From: an uncultured Oscillospiraceae bacterium
GTDB lineage: Bacteria; Bacillota; Clostridia; Oscillospirales; QAMX01
NCBI GenBank assembly: GCA_964439435.1
Contig: CAYTOF010000002.1
Coordinates: 4,033-68,032 of the forward strand
Direction: 5' to 3'
Length of the DNA stretch: 64,000 nucleotides
Position 1 is the first letter of the stretch; every line of letters begins with the position of its first letter. The notes under the pieces were generated by a model, which worked only from the letters and a program-made list of their open reading frames with translations, was not told the origin of the DNA and ran no database searches. Position numbers and translations under genes: made by a program. Shown piece after piece: positions 1 to 10,762 of this stretch.

Positions 1-794
1 TGAATGTTCAAAAGCTCTGCCATCGCGTATCTTGAGGGGTGAGTAAAAGCAGTCTCCGGTCCGATGTTTTTTGTCCAGTTGTCAAAACATACCCGTGCTG
101 CTGCAAGTGAGTGATTGCCATCCCCAACTGCTATTGCAAATTCGGATTTAGATTTAGATTTGAAAAAAGAGGCTATAAATGCATTGGTATCATCATCCAT
201 CAGATAACCTTGAATGCGACCACCACCAAGCATTAACTCGAAGTCATAAAGTTTTTTATAGGCGCTCAAACCCGCTTCGATGCGTGAAAACAAGACATCC
301 TCAAAATCGTCAATCAGCAATAATGCGTGCGGAATTTCCAAGATAGCTTTATCACGCATTTTGACTCTGGGTGGAATTCTTTCGTAAACAGTATCCTCTG
401 TGGGACGAATAAGGGATTTGCTCTCTGCGGAAAAGTCATAATTCATAAGGTCCGCGGCGCCTATCAACCCTTTTCGCAGACCTCCGTTTGGCAAATAGCG
501 TTTGACATATATATATGTGTTTTTGTGGTTTTCAAATATATCTGATTCAAGGTATTTTCTCATGTGTTCGTTTGCATTTTGGACGACATGGGTGTCATCT
601 TTGTCCAGATAGACTTCAGGAAATATCATTCGCAGAGAAGATGGGGACGAGCCCACAATCCTTTCGACTTGTTGCCAATAGTTTTCATCTGAAGTGTATT
701 GATCGCAGGCAATGACACTCCAAGAAGGCAGATATTCTTGCTTGGGTACTAATATATCAGTAGGAACAAAAAGCTCGGTTTTATATGTATTCAT
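1..794 (-). CDS. DUF1015 family protein (N-terminal part; C-terminus lies beyond the window start)
   Basis: Absent from the ORF track because it runs off the window. Manual translation from ATG (complement of 794-792) gives MNTYKTELFVPTDILVPKQEYLPSWSVIACDQYTSDENYW...FAIAVGDGNHSLAAARVCFD and stays open to position 1. The ACDQYTS and GDGNHSLA motifs match DUF1015 proteins as I remember them. Confidence 0.65.
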   Translation of the reverse strand, partial: MNTYKTELFVPTDILVPKQEYLPSWSVIACDQYTSDENYWQQVERIVGSSPSSLRMIFPEVYLDKDDTHVVQNANEHMRKYLESDIFENHKNTYIYVKRYLPNGGLRKGLIGAADLMNYDFSAESKSLIRPTEDTVYERIPPRVKMRDKAILEIPHALLLIDDFEDVLFSRIEAGLSAYKKLYDFELMLGGGRIQGYLMDDDTNAFIASFFKSKSKSEFAIAVGDGNHSLAAARVCFDNWTKNIGPETAFTHPSRYAMAELLNI

Positions 795-911
795 TGTTAT
801 TATCCTTTGGTGTCAATATATTAAAAAATAGCTGATAAACATAAAGTGCTTTTGTGAGATTAGGAGAAACACAAATGTGATGCGAAATCATCCAAAAGGC
901 TGTTGTTGAAA

Positions 912-1922
912 TCAATTTGTTGGTTTTTTTACAAATCCAATTTTCTTGTATACTTTAGCCAAGGTTTTTTCAGCTAAGACGCCGGCTTTTTGGGCACCGC
1001 CTGCATATACACTTTCAAGATAATCTTTGTTTTTAAGCAAGTAATGTGCCTCTTCGCGTATGGGACGAATAAGCGAGCACACTGCCTCTCCAACGGCTGT
1101 TTTGAAATCTCCATAGCCTTTACCCGAAAAGCTTTCCTCTATGTCGGAAATGGCAAGACCGGTCGCAGCGGAATAAATCTCAATGAGATTTGAAATTCCG
1201 GGCTTGTTTTGTCTGTCATGACGCACGATTGCCTCACTGTCGGTCACCGCACGCCGGAATGCTCGGAGAATTGTATTGTCATCGTCACTTAATGAAACGC
1301 AGCCTTGGTCATTTTCAGATTTAGACATTTTTGATAGCGGATTGGAAAGACTCATTATTCTTGAACCAATCTTAGGAATGTAGGGCTCGGGAATTGTAAA
1401 AATTTCTCCGTATAGACCATTGAAACGCATGGCAATATCCCTGCAGAGCTCAACATGCTGCTTTTGATCATCTCCAACGGGGACCACATGGGTGCCATAT
1501 AAAAGTATGTCAGCGGCCATTAGAACGGGATAAGTGAATAGACCGCCATTTATATTGTCGACATTCTTTGTAGATTTGTCTTTGAATTGAGTCATACGTG
1601 ACAATTCACCAAACATCGCATAACAGTTCAACACCCAAGCAAGCTCAGCATGTTCATGGACATGGCTTTGAATAAACAAGATGCAATCTTCAGGATTTAG
1701 CCCGGAGGCTATGTAAAATGCAAGCTGTGTCAAGGTGTTGTTTTTTAATACGCGTGGGTCTATGCGTATTGTGATTGAATGCATATCCACAATACAGAAT
1801 ATGCTGTTGTATTCCGTTACCAGATTGGTCCAGTTACGCACCGCTCCGAGATAAGACCCCAGCGTAAGCGCACCTGTTGGCTGGATTCCGCTGAACTGAA
1901 TTTTTCTTTCATTGTTACTCAT
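912..1922 (-). CDS. trpS: tryptophan--tRNA ligase
   Basis: 336 aa class I aaRS. N-terminal FSGIQPTG..LTLGSYLGA motif and KMSKS loop (LSKMSKS). Length is typical of bacterial TrpRS. Confidence 0.95.
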   Translation of the reverse strand: MSNNERKIQFSGIQPTGALTLGSYLGAVRNWTNLVTEYNSIFCIVDMHSITIRIDPRVLKNNTLTQLAFYIASGLNPEDCILFIQSHVHEHAELAWVLNCYAMFGELSRMTQFKDKSTKNVDNINGGLFTYPVLMAADILLYGTHVVPVGDDQKQHVELCRDIAMRFNGLYGEIFTIPEPYIPKIGSRIMSLSNPLSKMSKSENDQGCVSLSDDDNTILRAFRRAVTDSEAIVRHDRQNKPGISNLIEIYSAATGLAISDIEESFSGKGYGDFKTAVGEAVCSLIRPIREEAHYLLKNKDYLESVYAGGAQKAGVLAEKTLAKVYKKIGFVKKPTN

Positions 1923-1946
1923 AAAAAACCATCCGTTCGTCTGTGA

Positions 1947-3170
1947 TTAGTTTGTTTTTGCAAATCGGGGATTTGAAACACTTTTTTTCATGCAATCCTT
2001 TAGAGTCATACCAAGCAGCTCTATACCGCTTTCTATCTGTTCTGCGGAAGGTAAAGAGAAATTTAATCTGAAAGAGGAGGCGGCTTCTCCCGCACAGACA
2101 GCAAAACTCTCACCGGGCACCATTGCCACCTTTCTGGCAGCAGCCATGCGACAGGCTTGCGTTCCGTCTATTTTGTTAGGGAGGGAACACCATATAAAAA
2201 GACCACCGTCGGGTAATTCGCACTTAATGGTTTGAGGAAAATGCAAGCGAATGCATTCATACATGAGATCTCGCTTTGAGCGGTAGAGGGCACAAATCCG
2301 GGGTATGTGTTCGTCGTAGTCGGTTGAAATGATGTACTCATGCACCAGCATTTGGAAAAAGAGATTTGTGTGAACATCACTAACTTGCTTTGCAACAATT
2401 AGTTTTGAGATGATATCCTTGTGCGCAATGACATAACCGATTCTTATTCCAGGAGCTATTGTCTTAGAATATGAGCCGACAAAGATAGTGCGCCCTGTTT
2501 TGTCCATGCTTTTTATGGTGGGAATATCATCACCTGAATATCTCAATTCAAAATAGGGGCTGTCTTCAATAATATAAAAATCGTACTTCTCGGCGAGCTC
2601 CAAAAGTCGAATTCGTTTGTCGATGCTTGTGACAATGCCTGTCGGGTTTTGAAAAGTAGGGATGATATAGAACAGCTTAACTCGCAATCCTTTTTGAAGC
2701 TTTTTTTCGAGTACATCAAGATTGATACCATCACTATCTAAGGGGATGCTTATCAGTTCCAGATTGTATGACCTGAATGCGTTTAAAGCACCTATAAAAC
2801 TTGGGGATTCACAAGCAATTACATCGTGCTCGTTGGCAAATATCTTGGCAGTCAACTCTATGCCTTGTTGTCCGCCGGATACAATTGCAATCTCATCATC
2901 TGCCGTGCCTATGTTGTACTTTTCTTTCATTCTTGTGGCGGTCAAAAGCCTTAAAGGTTCGTAACCCTCTGAGATGCCATATTGAAGTGCGCGGGCGTGG
3001 TCGTGTGAGAACAAGTTCGCTGCAATTTCTGACATCCTTGACGCAGGGAACGTTTCCGGAGAGGGATTGCCTGCGGCAAAGGATATGACATCGGGATTTT
3101 GGGTCACCTTTAGAATCTCCCTTATTGCAGAGGGAGCAAGTGAGCTTATTCTGTCTGAAAAAATCGGCAT
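1947..3170 (-). CDS. PLP-dependent aminotransferase, class I/II fold (aromatic/2-aminoadipate aminotransferase-like)
   Basis: 407 aa. The SYSKTIAPGIRIGY motif carries the PLP lysine, and the N-terminus resembles LysN/ArAT-type enzymes. Only 24 nt separate it from trpS, so the two are probably co-transcribed. Confidence 0.85.
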   Translation of the reverse strand: MPIFSDRISSLAPSAIREILKVTQNPDVISFAAGNPSPETFPASRMSEIAANLFSHDHARALQYGISEGYEPLRLLTATRMKEKYNIGTADDEIAIVSGGQQGIELTAKIFANEHDVIACESPSFIGALNAFRSYNLELISIPLDSDGINLDVLEKKLQKGLRVKLFYIIPTFQNPTGIVTSIDKRIRLLELAEKYDFYIIEDSPYFELRYSGDDIPTIKSMDKTGRTIFVGSYSKTIAPGIRIGYVIAHKDIISKLIVAKQVSDVHTNLFFQMLVHEYIISTDYDEHIPRICALYRSKRDLMYECIRLHFPQTIKCELPDGGLFIWCSLPNKIDGTQACRMAAARKVAMVPGESFAVCAGEAASSFRLNFSLPSAEQIESGIELLGMTLKDCMKKSVSNPRFAKTN

Positions 3171-3258
3171 AATATCTTCCTTTTACGTTGAATAATTATT
3201 GCTTTATAAAAAATCTGTTCAATAAATATAAAAATCGGATTTCGCAAGAGCTTTAAAT

Positions 3259-3287
3259 ATTTTACCACACACATTCTATATAGGCAA
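3259..3287 (-). promoter_or_regulatory. candidate sigma-A promoter for the aminotransferase-trpS operon
   Basis: The minus strand reads TTGCCT, 17 nt, TAAAAT, with TG immediately upstream of the -10 (TGgTAAAAT). It lies about 90 nt upstream of the ATG at 3170. Confidence 0.45.
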
Positions 3288-3456
3288 TGCCGAGTTAGAT
3301 GAATTCATGGATGAATTAAGATTTCGATATATCATAATATCGTACCTTGTTTTAAAATACAATGTATTACATCGGGATTATTGCAATGCTCAAAAAAATA
3401 GTGTATTATATCGAGTGAACAGATGATAAAGTACAGAGACATTTGTCAATCAATCA

Positions 3457-4416
3457 ATGAAGTGGAGAGATAGCTTGCATAATGCAGTAAATGGAATAAC
3501 AATAATATTTATTTTGATAAGTGTAGGTTTTGTTTTATATAAAATCGATTGGATAAAAGATGAATCAGAGAGATTCATCACGAAATTTACACTCAAAATA
3601 TCGGTTCCGTGTGCTTTGTTTTCAACTGTTGTCAAGCATCTGAAAAGCGGCTTGGAAGTGGTCGACAAAACAAATGCAATTATACCATTTATTTCCATAA
3701 TTGTAACGTTGATACTGGGAATTGTTCTCGCAAAGCTGCTAAAAGCGGATGATGCGAAAAAGGGTTTAAGTATTTCGATCTTTACCTTCTCTAATACGAT
3801 AATTATTGGATTGCCGGTCTGCACTTCCGTTTTGGGAGAGAGCTCAATTCCATTTGTAATAATATACTACGCTGCGAACACAATTTTGTTTTGGACTGTA
3901 GGAGCATCATTGATTGCAGCAGATAACAAAACAGGCAACAAGTTCAACATGGCGATTATACTCAAGAACCTGCTGTCACCGGCCTTGTTAGGGTTTTTTG
4001 GAGGGGCTTTGGTTGTGTTTAGTGATATTACAATACCAAAACCAATAGATGCCTCGATTGCTATGTTGGGACAGCTGAACACTCCTTTGTGCATGGTTGT
4101 AGTTGGCAGTACAATAGCAAAACTGAAGATTCGTGAATTGTTCACATTTGACAAAGCTGGACTGTTGGCTATACTGGGGCGCATCATCATTGCACCTTTG
4201 ATTGCGATGTTAATCCTGGTTGTTTTTAAACAAAAAGGCATCGCAGCAAAAGTGATTTTATTGATGTCAGCAATGCCGGCTATGAACCAATCTGTTTTGG
4301 TCGCAAAAAATTATGGGAGTGACCATGTACTTGCATCAAAAATTTTGTCAGCAAGTTCATTGACAATGCTTGTTGTACTCCCACTATATAGTTTGCTGGC
4401 TGACATTCTATTTTAA
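3457..4416 (+). CDS. AEC (auxin efflux carrier) family transporter
   Basis: 319 aa polytopic membrane protein. It has two hydrophobic halves separated by a short loop, and its N- and C-terminal patterns are typical of the membrane transport protein family PF03547. Confidence 0.75.
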   Translation: MKWRDSLHNAVNGITIIFILISVGFVLYKIDWIKDESERFITKFTLKISVPCALFSTVVKHLKSGLEVVDKTNAIIPFISIIVTLILGIVLAKLLKADDAKKGLSISIFTFSNTIIIGLPVCTSVLGESSIPFVIIYYAANTILFWTVGASLIAADNKTGNKFNMAIILKNLLSPALLGFFGGALVVFSDITIPKPIDASIAMLGQLNTPLCMVVVGSTIAKLKIRELFTFDKAGLLAILGRIIIAPLIAMLILVVFKQKGIAAKVILLMSAMPAMNQSVLVAKNYGSDHVLASKILSASSLTMLVVLPLYSLLADILF

Positions 4417-4479
4417 ATGATATCAATCGAATATAGTTGCATGTGAATGTCTTTCGATTTATATTGAAAGGACTCAAGG

Positions 4480-5166
4480 ATGACAGGGAACAGGGCATTA
4501 ATAATCGGCATACCGGAAGTGATAGTACTGGCATTGCTTGCGGGAATGTTGATTGTATTTGGAAAGAGCTTAAAAGGTATACAGACTCGAGGAATCGTTC
4601 TGACAAGTATATTATGCGCTGTTGCCGGAGCGTCCGGCGCTGCATTGCGCTCCGTTCCGGGGGTACAACTGACAAGTTTCATTATCATTATGATTGGTGT
4701 GACTCTTGGCCCGGGGGCAGGAATAGCTGCCGGGGCAACCAGTGCTCTCTTATTTGATATTTTATCTGTGATGACAATTTACACACCCTGGCGTATGTTT
4801 CTATGGGCGCATATGGGGTTGGGCGCAGCCTTGATTACCATGGTGCGAACAAAGGGGAAAGCAACATCTGCAGATTCACAAGTAGCAGCAAGCAATAGCA
4901 AATCAAAATTAAAATTATGGACTCTAACCTTTTATGGTTTTATATGGGGATTTGTTTTTGGTTGGACCTTAAACCTCGTGTATATCTTTGCCGGACTCTT
5001 GCCCTTTACGTTGGAAGTATTCATTATTTCATGTGTTGCAAGTTTTTGGTTTGATCTTTCACATGCGGTTTGCAATGCGGTTTTGATTTTGCTGTTTTCG
5101 CAGCAGTTTTTGAGGATTGCAGAAAAAGTTGGAAAGCTTGATGCAAGTAAAGTTAAAAGCGAGTAA
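4480..5166 (+). CDS. ECF-transporter S-component-like integral membrane protein
   Basis: 228 aa with about 5-6 TM helices and glycine-rich helices (GVTLGPGAGIAAGATSALLFD) reminiscent of ECF substrate-capture components. The family assignment is tentative. Confidence 0.4.
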   Translation: MTGNRALIIGIPEVIVLALLAGMLIVFGKSLKGIQTRGIVLTSILCAVAGASGAALRSVPGVQLTSFIIIMIGVTLGPGAGIAAGATSALLFDILSVMTIYTPWRMFLWAHMGLGAALITMVRTKGKATSADSQVAASNSKSKLKLWTLTFYGFIWGFVFGWTLNLVYIFAGLLPFTLEVFIISCVASFWFDLSHAVCNAVLILLFSQQFLRIAEKVGKLDASKVKSE

Positions 5167-5212
5167 TATCTTATCTGTTATATAAAACAGATAATAAGAA
5201 AGAGGCAGAAAT

Positions 5213-7447
5213 GTGGAAGAACTCTACCCAGGAGAACCTTTGATAATACAAGGTGATATAGAATCGATTATATTTGAAAACGAAGAAACCGGCTACAGTG
5301 TTCTGGAAGTTGAACTGTTACAGGGGGGGCGCATAACGGTTGTTGGGATCATTCCATACCCTGGGGAGGGAGAAAGAATCATAGCTGAGGGTGAGTTTGT
5401 TTCGCATCCAACATATGGTTCACAGTTCAGATGCGATGGTATAGAGCGAATTATGCCGGACCAAGCTAATGCCATATTTAGGTATCTTTCGTCCGGGGTT
5501 GTTAAAGGCGTCGGGATTGCCACCGCGCGCAGGATTGTCACAAAATTTGGCATAGATACATTCGATATAATAAAATGCAATCCCGAGAGACTGACAGAGA
5601 TAAAAGGCATAACCCTTCAACGCGCGGAAAGTATCTCAATGGAGCTAAATAAAAGAATTGCAATAAAGGAGCTTATGGTCTTCTTTTCACAATTTGGATT
5701 CCCCTTAAACACAGCTCTAGAGCTTTACAGACACGCGGGAGCAACAGCACAAGAAAAAATCACACAAAACCCTTATTTTTTGGCATTGGAGCCATATTTG
5801 GTGGACTTTAGAAAGGTTGATGCCATGGCACTTGATATGGGATTTGGTGAGGACAACTTTTCACGTATAGAAGCCGGCATTTTGTTTGAATTGTTGTTTA
5901 ATGAAAGTCAAGGTCATGTGTACTTGCCCTATGATAAGCTAAGGGATGTATCTGCGCAGTTTCTCAGTTTAAGTGAGGAGCTGGTGCAAACTGTCTTAGA
6001 TTCGATGATTGAAAGAGATAATTTGAAAACGAGCAAAATAAATGACACGTTGGCCTGTTATACTCCGCGCATGAGAGAAGCGGAGATGTTTATCGCACAG
6101 CGAATTGTATACATGGCAGGCCAAAAGAGCAGTGTCAATGAAAGTGCAAAAGAGGGGCTTGCCAAACTGGAATCAAAGCAGGGCATAGTATATTCAGAAA
6201 AGCAAAAAAATGCAATATTAACATCCATAAGAGAACACATTATGATTTTGACCGGGGGGCCCGGGACTGGAAAAACGACAGCTGTCCGCGGCATGATTGG
6301 TCTCTTAGAACGAATTGGAATGAAAACTCTTGTTGCTGCGCCTACAGGAAGAGCTGCAAAGCGGATTTCAGAACTCTGTGGCTGTGAAGCCAAAACAATA
6401 CATCGTGTACTGGAAACTGTTTTCTCAAAAGACGGCACTATGTTTCTCAGAAATACAGAAAACCCGCTTGATGCGGACGCTGTTATTATAGATGAGCTTT
6501 CCATGGTGGACTTGCCGCTGTTTTCAGCTCTGCTTTCTGCTTTAAAAAGCAATTGTAAATTGATAATGGTGGGAGATCCAGATCAGCTTCCCTCCGTTGG
6601 TCCCGGGACAGTGCTTTCAGATATATTGAAAAGCGATGCCGTTAAGATAGTTCATCTTGATGAAATATTCCGACAAGCACAAGAAAGCGATATCGTTATA
6701 AATGCCCACGCTGTCAATGCAGGAGAATTGCCAAACTTGAAGAACAACAAAAAAGACTTCTTTTTTCTACATCGTCAAGATACACAATCTCAAATAAACA
6801 CCATATGCGAACTATTTGCTGAGAGATTGCCCAAACACATGGGGATAGATATATCTAACATTCAAGTCATCACACCGCTCCGACAAAGAGAGACAGGCAC
6901 ACAAGCAATAAACCCCATATTGCGTGATTTGTTAAATCCGATTTCCGACAAAAAAAAGCAAATAAAATTTGGCAACACCTATTTTCGAGAAGGAGACCGT
7001 GTCATGCAGATAAAAAACAATTATGACATAGTCTGGAACAACAGTGCAAGCCAAGAAACACCGGGAGTGGGAGTTTACAATGGTGATATTGGAATAATCA
7101 AGTCAATTAACCCTCATGCCGAAAAACTGACGATAGAGTTTCCGGATAAAGAATGTGACTACTCCTTTGACATGCTGTGTGATCTCGAGCATGCGTACGC
7201 CATAACGGTACATAAGTCACAGGGCAGTGAATATCGAGCTGTGATATTTTTGGCATCACTGGTACATTCCAGACTGTTGAACAGAAATCTGTTTTACACG
7301 GCAATAACACGTGCAAAAGAACTGTTCATCATCGTTGGGATACCCGAGTCTGTGGAAGCAATGGTGAACAACAGGCAAAAGAGGCGCCGCTATTCCGCAC
7401 TTTGCGAACGCATCGTCGCCCTTGCTGATGGACGGGAGTTAATATAA
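5213..7447 (+). CDS. recD2: ATP-dependent RecD2-like SF1B DNA helicase
   Basis: 744 aa with a GTG start. Walker A is LTGGPGTGKTT, followed by DELSMVD and GDPDQLPSVGPG motifs and the C-terminal AITVHKSQGSEY motif. The N-terminal HhH-containing region is typical of RecD2. Confidence 0.9.
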   Translation: MEELYPGEPLIIQGDIESIIFENEETGYSVLEVELLQGGRITVVGIIPYPGEGERIIAEGEFVSHPTYGSQFRCDGIERIMPDQANAIFRYLSSGVVKGVGIATARRIVTKFGIDTFDIIKCNPERLTEIKGITLQRAESISMELNKRIAIKELMVFFSQFGFPLNTALELYRHAGATAQEKITQNPYFLALEPYLVDFRKVDAMALDMGFGEDNFSRIEAGILFELLFNESQGHVYLPYDKLRDVSAQFLSLSEELVQTVLDSMIERDNLKTSKINDTLACYTPRMREAEMFIAQRIVYMAGQKSSVNESAKEGLAKLESKQGIVYSEKQKNAILTSIREHIMILTGGPGTGKTTAVRGMIGLLERIGMKTLVAAPTGRAAKRISELCGCEAKTIHRVLETVFSKDGTMFLRNTENPLDADAVIIDELSMVDLPLFSALLSALKSNCKLIMVGDPDQLPSVGPGTVLSDILKSDAVKIVHLDEIFRQAQESDIVINAHAVNAGELPNLKNNKKDFFFLHRQDTQSQINTICELFAERLPKHMGIDISNIQVITPLRQRETGTQAINPILRDLLNPISDKKKQIKFGNTYFREGDRVMQIKNNYDIVWNNSASQETPGVGVYNGDIGIIKSINPHAEKLTIEFPDKECDYSFDMLCDLEHAYAITVHKSQGSEYRAVIFLASLVHSRLLNRNLFYTAITRAKELFIIVGIPESVEAMVNNRQKRRRYSALCERIVALADGRELI

Positions 7448-7474
7448 AGTATAGCCATTACAACTTTTAAAGAT

Positions 7475-8209
7475 TTGAGAATACTTTCAATGAAAAAACT
7501 TATCAAACAAATCCACTTGAACTTTCTGAATATTCTTTTCCCGCCACGCTGTATCATATGCGGTAAGTTTATTACAAAAGCATATGGTTTTTGTACAGAC
7601 TGCGAAATTTTGACACCTAAGACAGAGGGCACAAAGGAAGAACACAAATTCGGAGATGGCAAACTGCAGTATGTAGATTTTTGTGCCTCTCCGTTCTATT
7701 ATGAAAATGGGATTAGAAAAGCCTTAATTCGTATGAAGTTTCAAGGGAAATGTGCTTTTGCGGAAGCTTTCGCAGATCCTATGATGCAAGCGTTTACCAA
7801 CGCTTTTAAAAACAAAGCCTATCCTCGAGCACAAGCAATTTCGTGGGTGCCCATATCAGTTGCCAGAAGCAAAGAAAGGGGATATGATCAATCAAAGTTG
7901 TTGGCAAATCATTTGGGCCGTATAATGGACTTGCCCGTATTGCCGACACTTAAAAAAGTTGTCAACAATCCCATGCAATCGTCGCTCAAGGCAAAAGATA
8001 GAAAAGGCAATGTCTTGGGAGTATATGAGTTGGATAGAGAGTTCAATGCATGGACAGAGATGAAAGCAATAATCTTAGTCGATGACATTTTCACCACCGG
8101 AGCGACTATAAATGAAGCGGCAAAAATAATAAAAGCGGGAGGAGCGGAGAACATATATGCTCTTTTTGCAGCAAAGACACGGGCATCTAATAAATCAGAA
8201 CAGATTTAG
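7475..8209 (+). CDS. comFC: ComF family protein (ComFC-type phosphoribosyltransferase-domain protein)
   Basis: N-terminal 4-Cys zinc finger (CIICGK...CTDC) and a C-terminal PRTase motif ILVDDIFTTGATINEA. The true start may be the ATG at 7490. Confidence 0.8.
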   Translation: MRILSMKKLIKQIHLNFLNILFPPRCIICGKFITKAYGFCTDCEILTPKTEGTKEEHKFGDGKLQYVDFCASPFYYENGIRKALIRMKFQGKCAFAEAFADPMMQAFTNAFKNKAYPRAQAISWVPISVARSKERGYDQSKLLANHLGRIMDLPVLPTLKKVVNNPMQSSLKAKDRKGNVLGVYELDREFNAWTEMKAIILVDDIFTTGATINEAAKIIKAGGAENIYALFAAKTRASNKSEQI

Positions 8210-8314
8210 AGGCACTTATATGGTTGAAAAAAACAGAAAATTAGTGTATAATAAACATTAACTCTTTAAAAGAATACCATTTACATTAACTATTTATAGA
8301 CATGGGAGAATTGC

Positions 8315-9343
8315 ATGTTTTCTAATGATGTAGGAATTGACCTTGGAACAGCCACAATGTTGGTATACGTTAAGGGCAAAGGCATTGTTTTGCGTGAGCC
8401 CAGTGTTGTTGCGCTGAATAAAGATACGGGCAAGTTGCTGGCGGTAGGTTCGGAAGCCCAGCGGATGTTGGGAAGAACACCCGGCAATATAATCGCGATA
8501 CGACCACTGCGGGATGGGGTTATCTCAGACTATGAAGTGACACAGCGCATGATAAAAGAATTTATCAGAAAGGTTTGTGGATTTAGAATTGTCAAACCTC
8601 GTATTATAATCTGTGTGCCCAGTGGCATCACCGAAGTCGAGGAACGGGCAGTTTTTGATGCCGGTCTTCAGGCCGGAGCACGTCAAGTGTATCTGATAGA
8701 AGAGCCGGTTGCCGCTGCAATAGGAGCGGGCATTGACATTTCAAAACCAAATGGAAATATGATTGTCGACATTGGTGGAGGAACAACTGATGTTGCAGTT
8801 ATATCGCTTGGAGGCATAGTGGAATCCTGCTCAATTAAAATTGCCGGAGATAAATTTGACGAATCAATTATAAAATATATACGCAGAAAACATAATGTTT
8901 TGATAGGCGAGCGTTCAGCAGAGGAGCTTAAAATCAAGATAGGTTGCGTTTACCCAAGGCCTGAGGAAATATCGATGGATGTAAAAGGCCGTTGCTTGAT
9001 GACGGGTCTACCGAAGGTATTCATGGTGAATTCCAACGAGATGCTCGAAGCTTTTGAGGAGGTATCTGTCAGCATTATCGAAACGATACATTCGGTGTTG
9101 GAAAGAACACCACCCGAGTTGGTAGCAGATATCTCCACAAATGGCATTACGATGACCGGGGGAGGAAGTCTTGTTTATGGGTTTGACAAACTTATTTCAT
9201 CTCATACAGGCATCGAAACACATCTATCAGATGATGCAGTCTCGTGTGTCGCATTTGGCACAGGGAAAGCATTGGATAATATTTCAGTGATGCAAGAGGG
9301 CTCAACAAACATCTCGAGAAAGCGCCAGATACAGAGAATGTAG
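8315..9343 (+). CDS. mreB: rod shape-determining protein MreB
   Basis: 342 aa actin-like ATPase. Motifs: DVGIDLGTATMLVY, EPVAAAIGAG, DIGGGTTDVAVISLGG. Confidence 0.93.
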   Translation: MFSNDVGIDLGTATMLVYVKGKGIVLREPSVVALNKDTGKLLAVGSEAQRMLGRTPGNIIAIRPLRDGVISDYEVTQRMIKEFIRKVCGFRIVKPRIIICVPSGITEVEERAVFDAGLQAGARQVYLIEEPVAAAIGAGIDISKPNGNMIVDIGGGTTDVAVISLGGIVESCSIKIAGDKFDESIIKYIRRKHNVLIGERSAEELKIKIGCVYPRPEEISMDVKGRCLMTGLPKVFMVNSNEMLEAFEEVSVSIIETIHSVLERTPPELVADISTNGITMTGGGSLVYGFDKLISSHTGIETHLSDDAVSCVAFGTGKALDNISVMQEGSTNISRKRQIQRM

Positions 9344-9360
9344 CAGGAGCGTGTGCGTAT

Positions 9361-10743
9361 ATGAACATGTTGGAAAAAGCCGCATCGGAAGGTAAAAGAG
9401 TACATTTTATTGGAATAGGCGGAATAATGATGAGCGCCCTTGCGCTGGAGTTAAAGCGACGTGGCGCCGTTGTAACAGGAAACGATATAAAACACAGTGA
9501 TATCGTCGGAAAGTTAATACAACTTGGAATTGATGTTCAAATCGGGCATGATGAAAAGTATGTGGTAGGATCTGATATTGTAGTTAGAAATGCAGCGATA
9601 AAAGACCAATCACCGGATATAGTCAAAGCGAAGGTGTTACACATCCCAATACTGGAACGCCCCGTTGTTTTGGGACAAATAATGAGTGAATATAAACATA
9701 GTATAGGCATATCGGGGATGCATGGGAAATCCACCACCTCTGCAATGCTAACCCATGTGTTTTTGGAAAGCGGGTTAAAGCCGACCGCTTTTCTTGGTGC
9801 AGTCTTGCCGGAAATTGGTGGCACACATATTTTAGGGAATTCAGACTATTTTGTCGCTGAAGCTTGTGAATATTGTGAATCGTTTTTATATTTGAAACCT
9901 GAAACCGCTGTTATATTGAACGTTGAACCGGACCATCTTGATTACTATTCAGGTATAAACGAAATAATTACAGCATTTAAAAAATTTGCGAAAAACACTC
10001 CGAAAAACGGTCGACTGGTGGTAAATGAAGACAACAAAAACGCCATGAAAGCTATCATGGATGTCAAACGAGATATCATCACATTTGGAATAGAATCCGG
10101 CAATGTACGAGCCTGTGACATAGCACTAGATGGGGCAGGTTCATCTTTTTTGCTTAAAAAAGAAAACAAGCTCCTGGGGAAAGTTTCTTTGAACATACCG
10201 GGGAAGCATAATGTTTACAACGCGGTTGCAGCCGCAACTGTCATGATTACATATGGTATAGATATAGAAAACATCATTAATGGATTGAACTCTTTTACAG
10301 GAATAGAGCGACGTTTTCAGAAAATCGGAACTTATAGAGATGCGCTTATTGTAGACGATTATGCACACCATCCACACGAACTTGGAGTGACATTGGAAGC
10401 GGCACGTACCATGGGATATGACAGAGTGATATGTCTGTTTCAACCACATACGTATTCCAGAACAAGTGCTCTGAAAGACGACTTTATATCTGTTTTAAAA
10501 AGCGCTGATCTCGCCGTACTGACAGACATATACTCGGCTCGAGAAACAAATACATTTAACATATCTTCTTCGGATATCGCATCAAGTATTCCGGGGGCTA
10601 TATATGCCCCATCACTGGAAGAAGCAATTGATGTGCTGCAAAAAATAGCGCAACATGGAGACATTGTGCTGACGTGTGGAGCAGGATCTGTGAGCAGTGT
10701 TGCACGCAGGCTTGTAACCAAAGAAAACACACAAAATCCTTGA
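9361..10743 (+). CDS. murC: UDP-N-acetylmuramate--L-alanine ligase
   Basis: 460 aa Mur ligase. N-terminal HFIGIGGIMMSALA Rossmann motif, GISGMHGKSTTS P-loop and DDYAHHP motif. Confidence 0.93.
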   Translation: MNMLEKAASEGKRVHFIGIGGIMMSALALELKRRGAVVTGNDIKHSDIVGKLIQLGIDVQIGHDEKYVVGSDIVVRNAAIKDQSPDIVKAKVLHIPILERPVVLGQIMSEYKHSIGISGMHGKSTTSAMLTHVFLESGLKPTAFLGAVLPEIGGTHILGNSDYFVAEACEYCESFLYLKPETAVILNVEPDHLDYYSGINEIITAFKKFAKNTPKNGRLVVNEDNKNAMKAIMDVKRDIITFGIESGNVRACDIALDGAGSSFLLKKENKLLGKVSLNIPGKHNVYNAVAAATVMITYGIDIENIINGLNSFTGIERRFQKIGTYRDALIVDDYAHHPHELGVTLEAARTMGYDRVICLFQPHTYSRTSALKDDFISVLKSADLAVLTDIYSARETNTFNISSSDIASSIPGAIYAPSLEEAIDVLQKIAQHGDIVLTCGAGSVSSVARRLVTKENTQNP

Positions 10744-10762
10744 GATAAATATGGAGGGAAAA

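Noticed and set aside
145-162. Tandem hexamer GATTTA GATTTA GATTTG.
   Set aside because: It lies inside the DUF1015 coding region and simply encodes KSKSKS on the minus strand. Three copies only.
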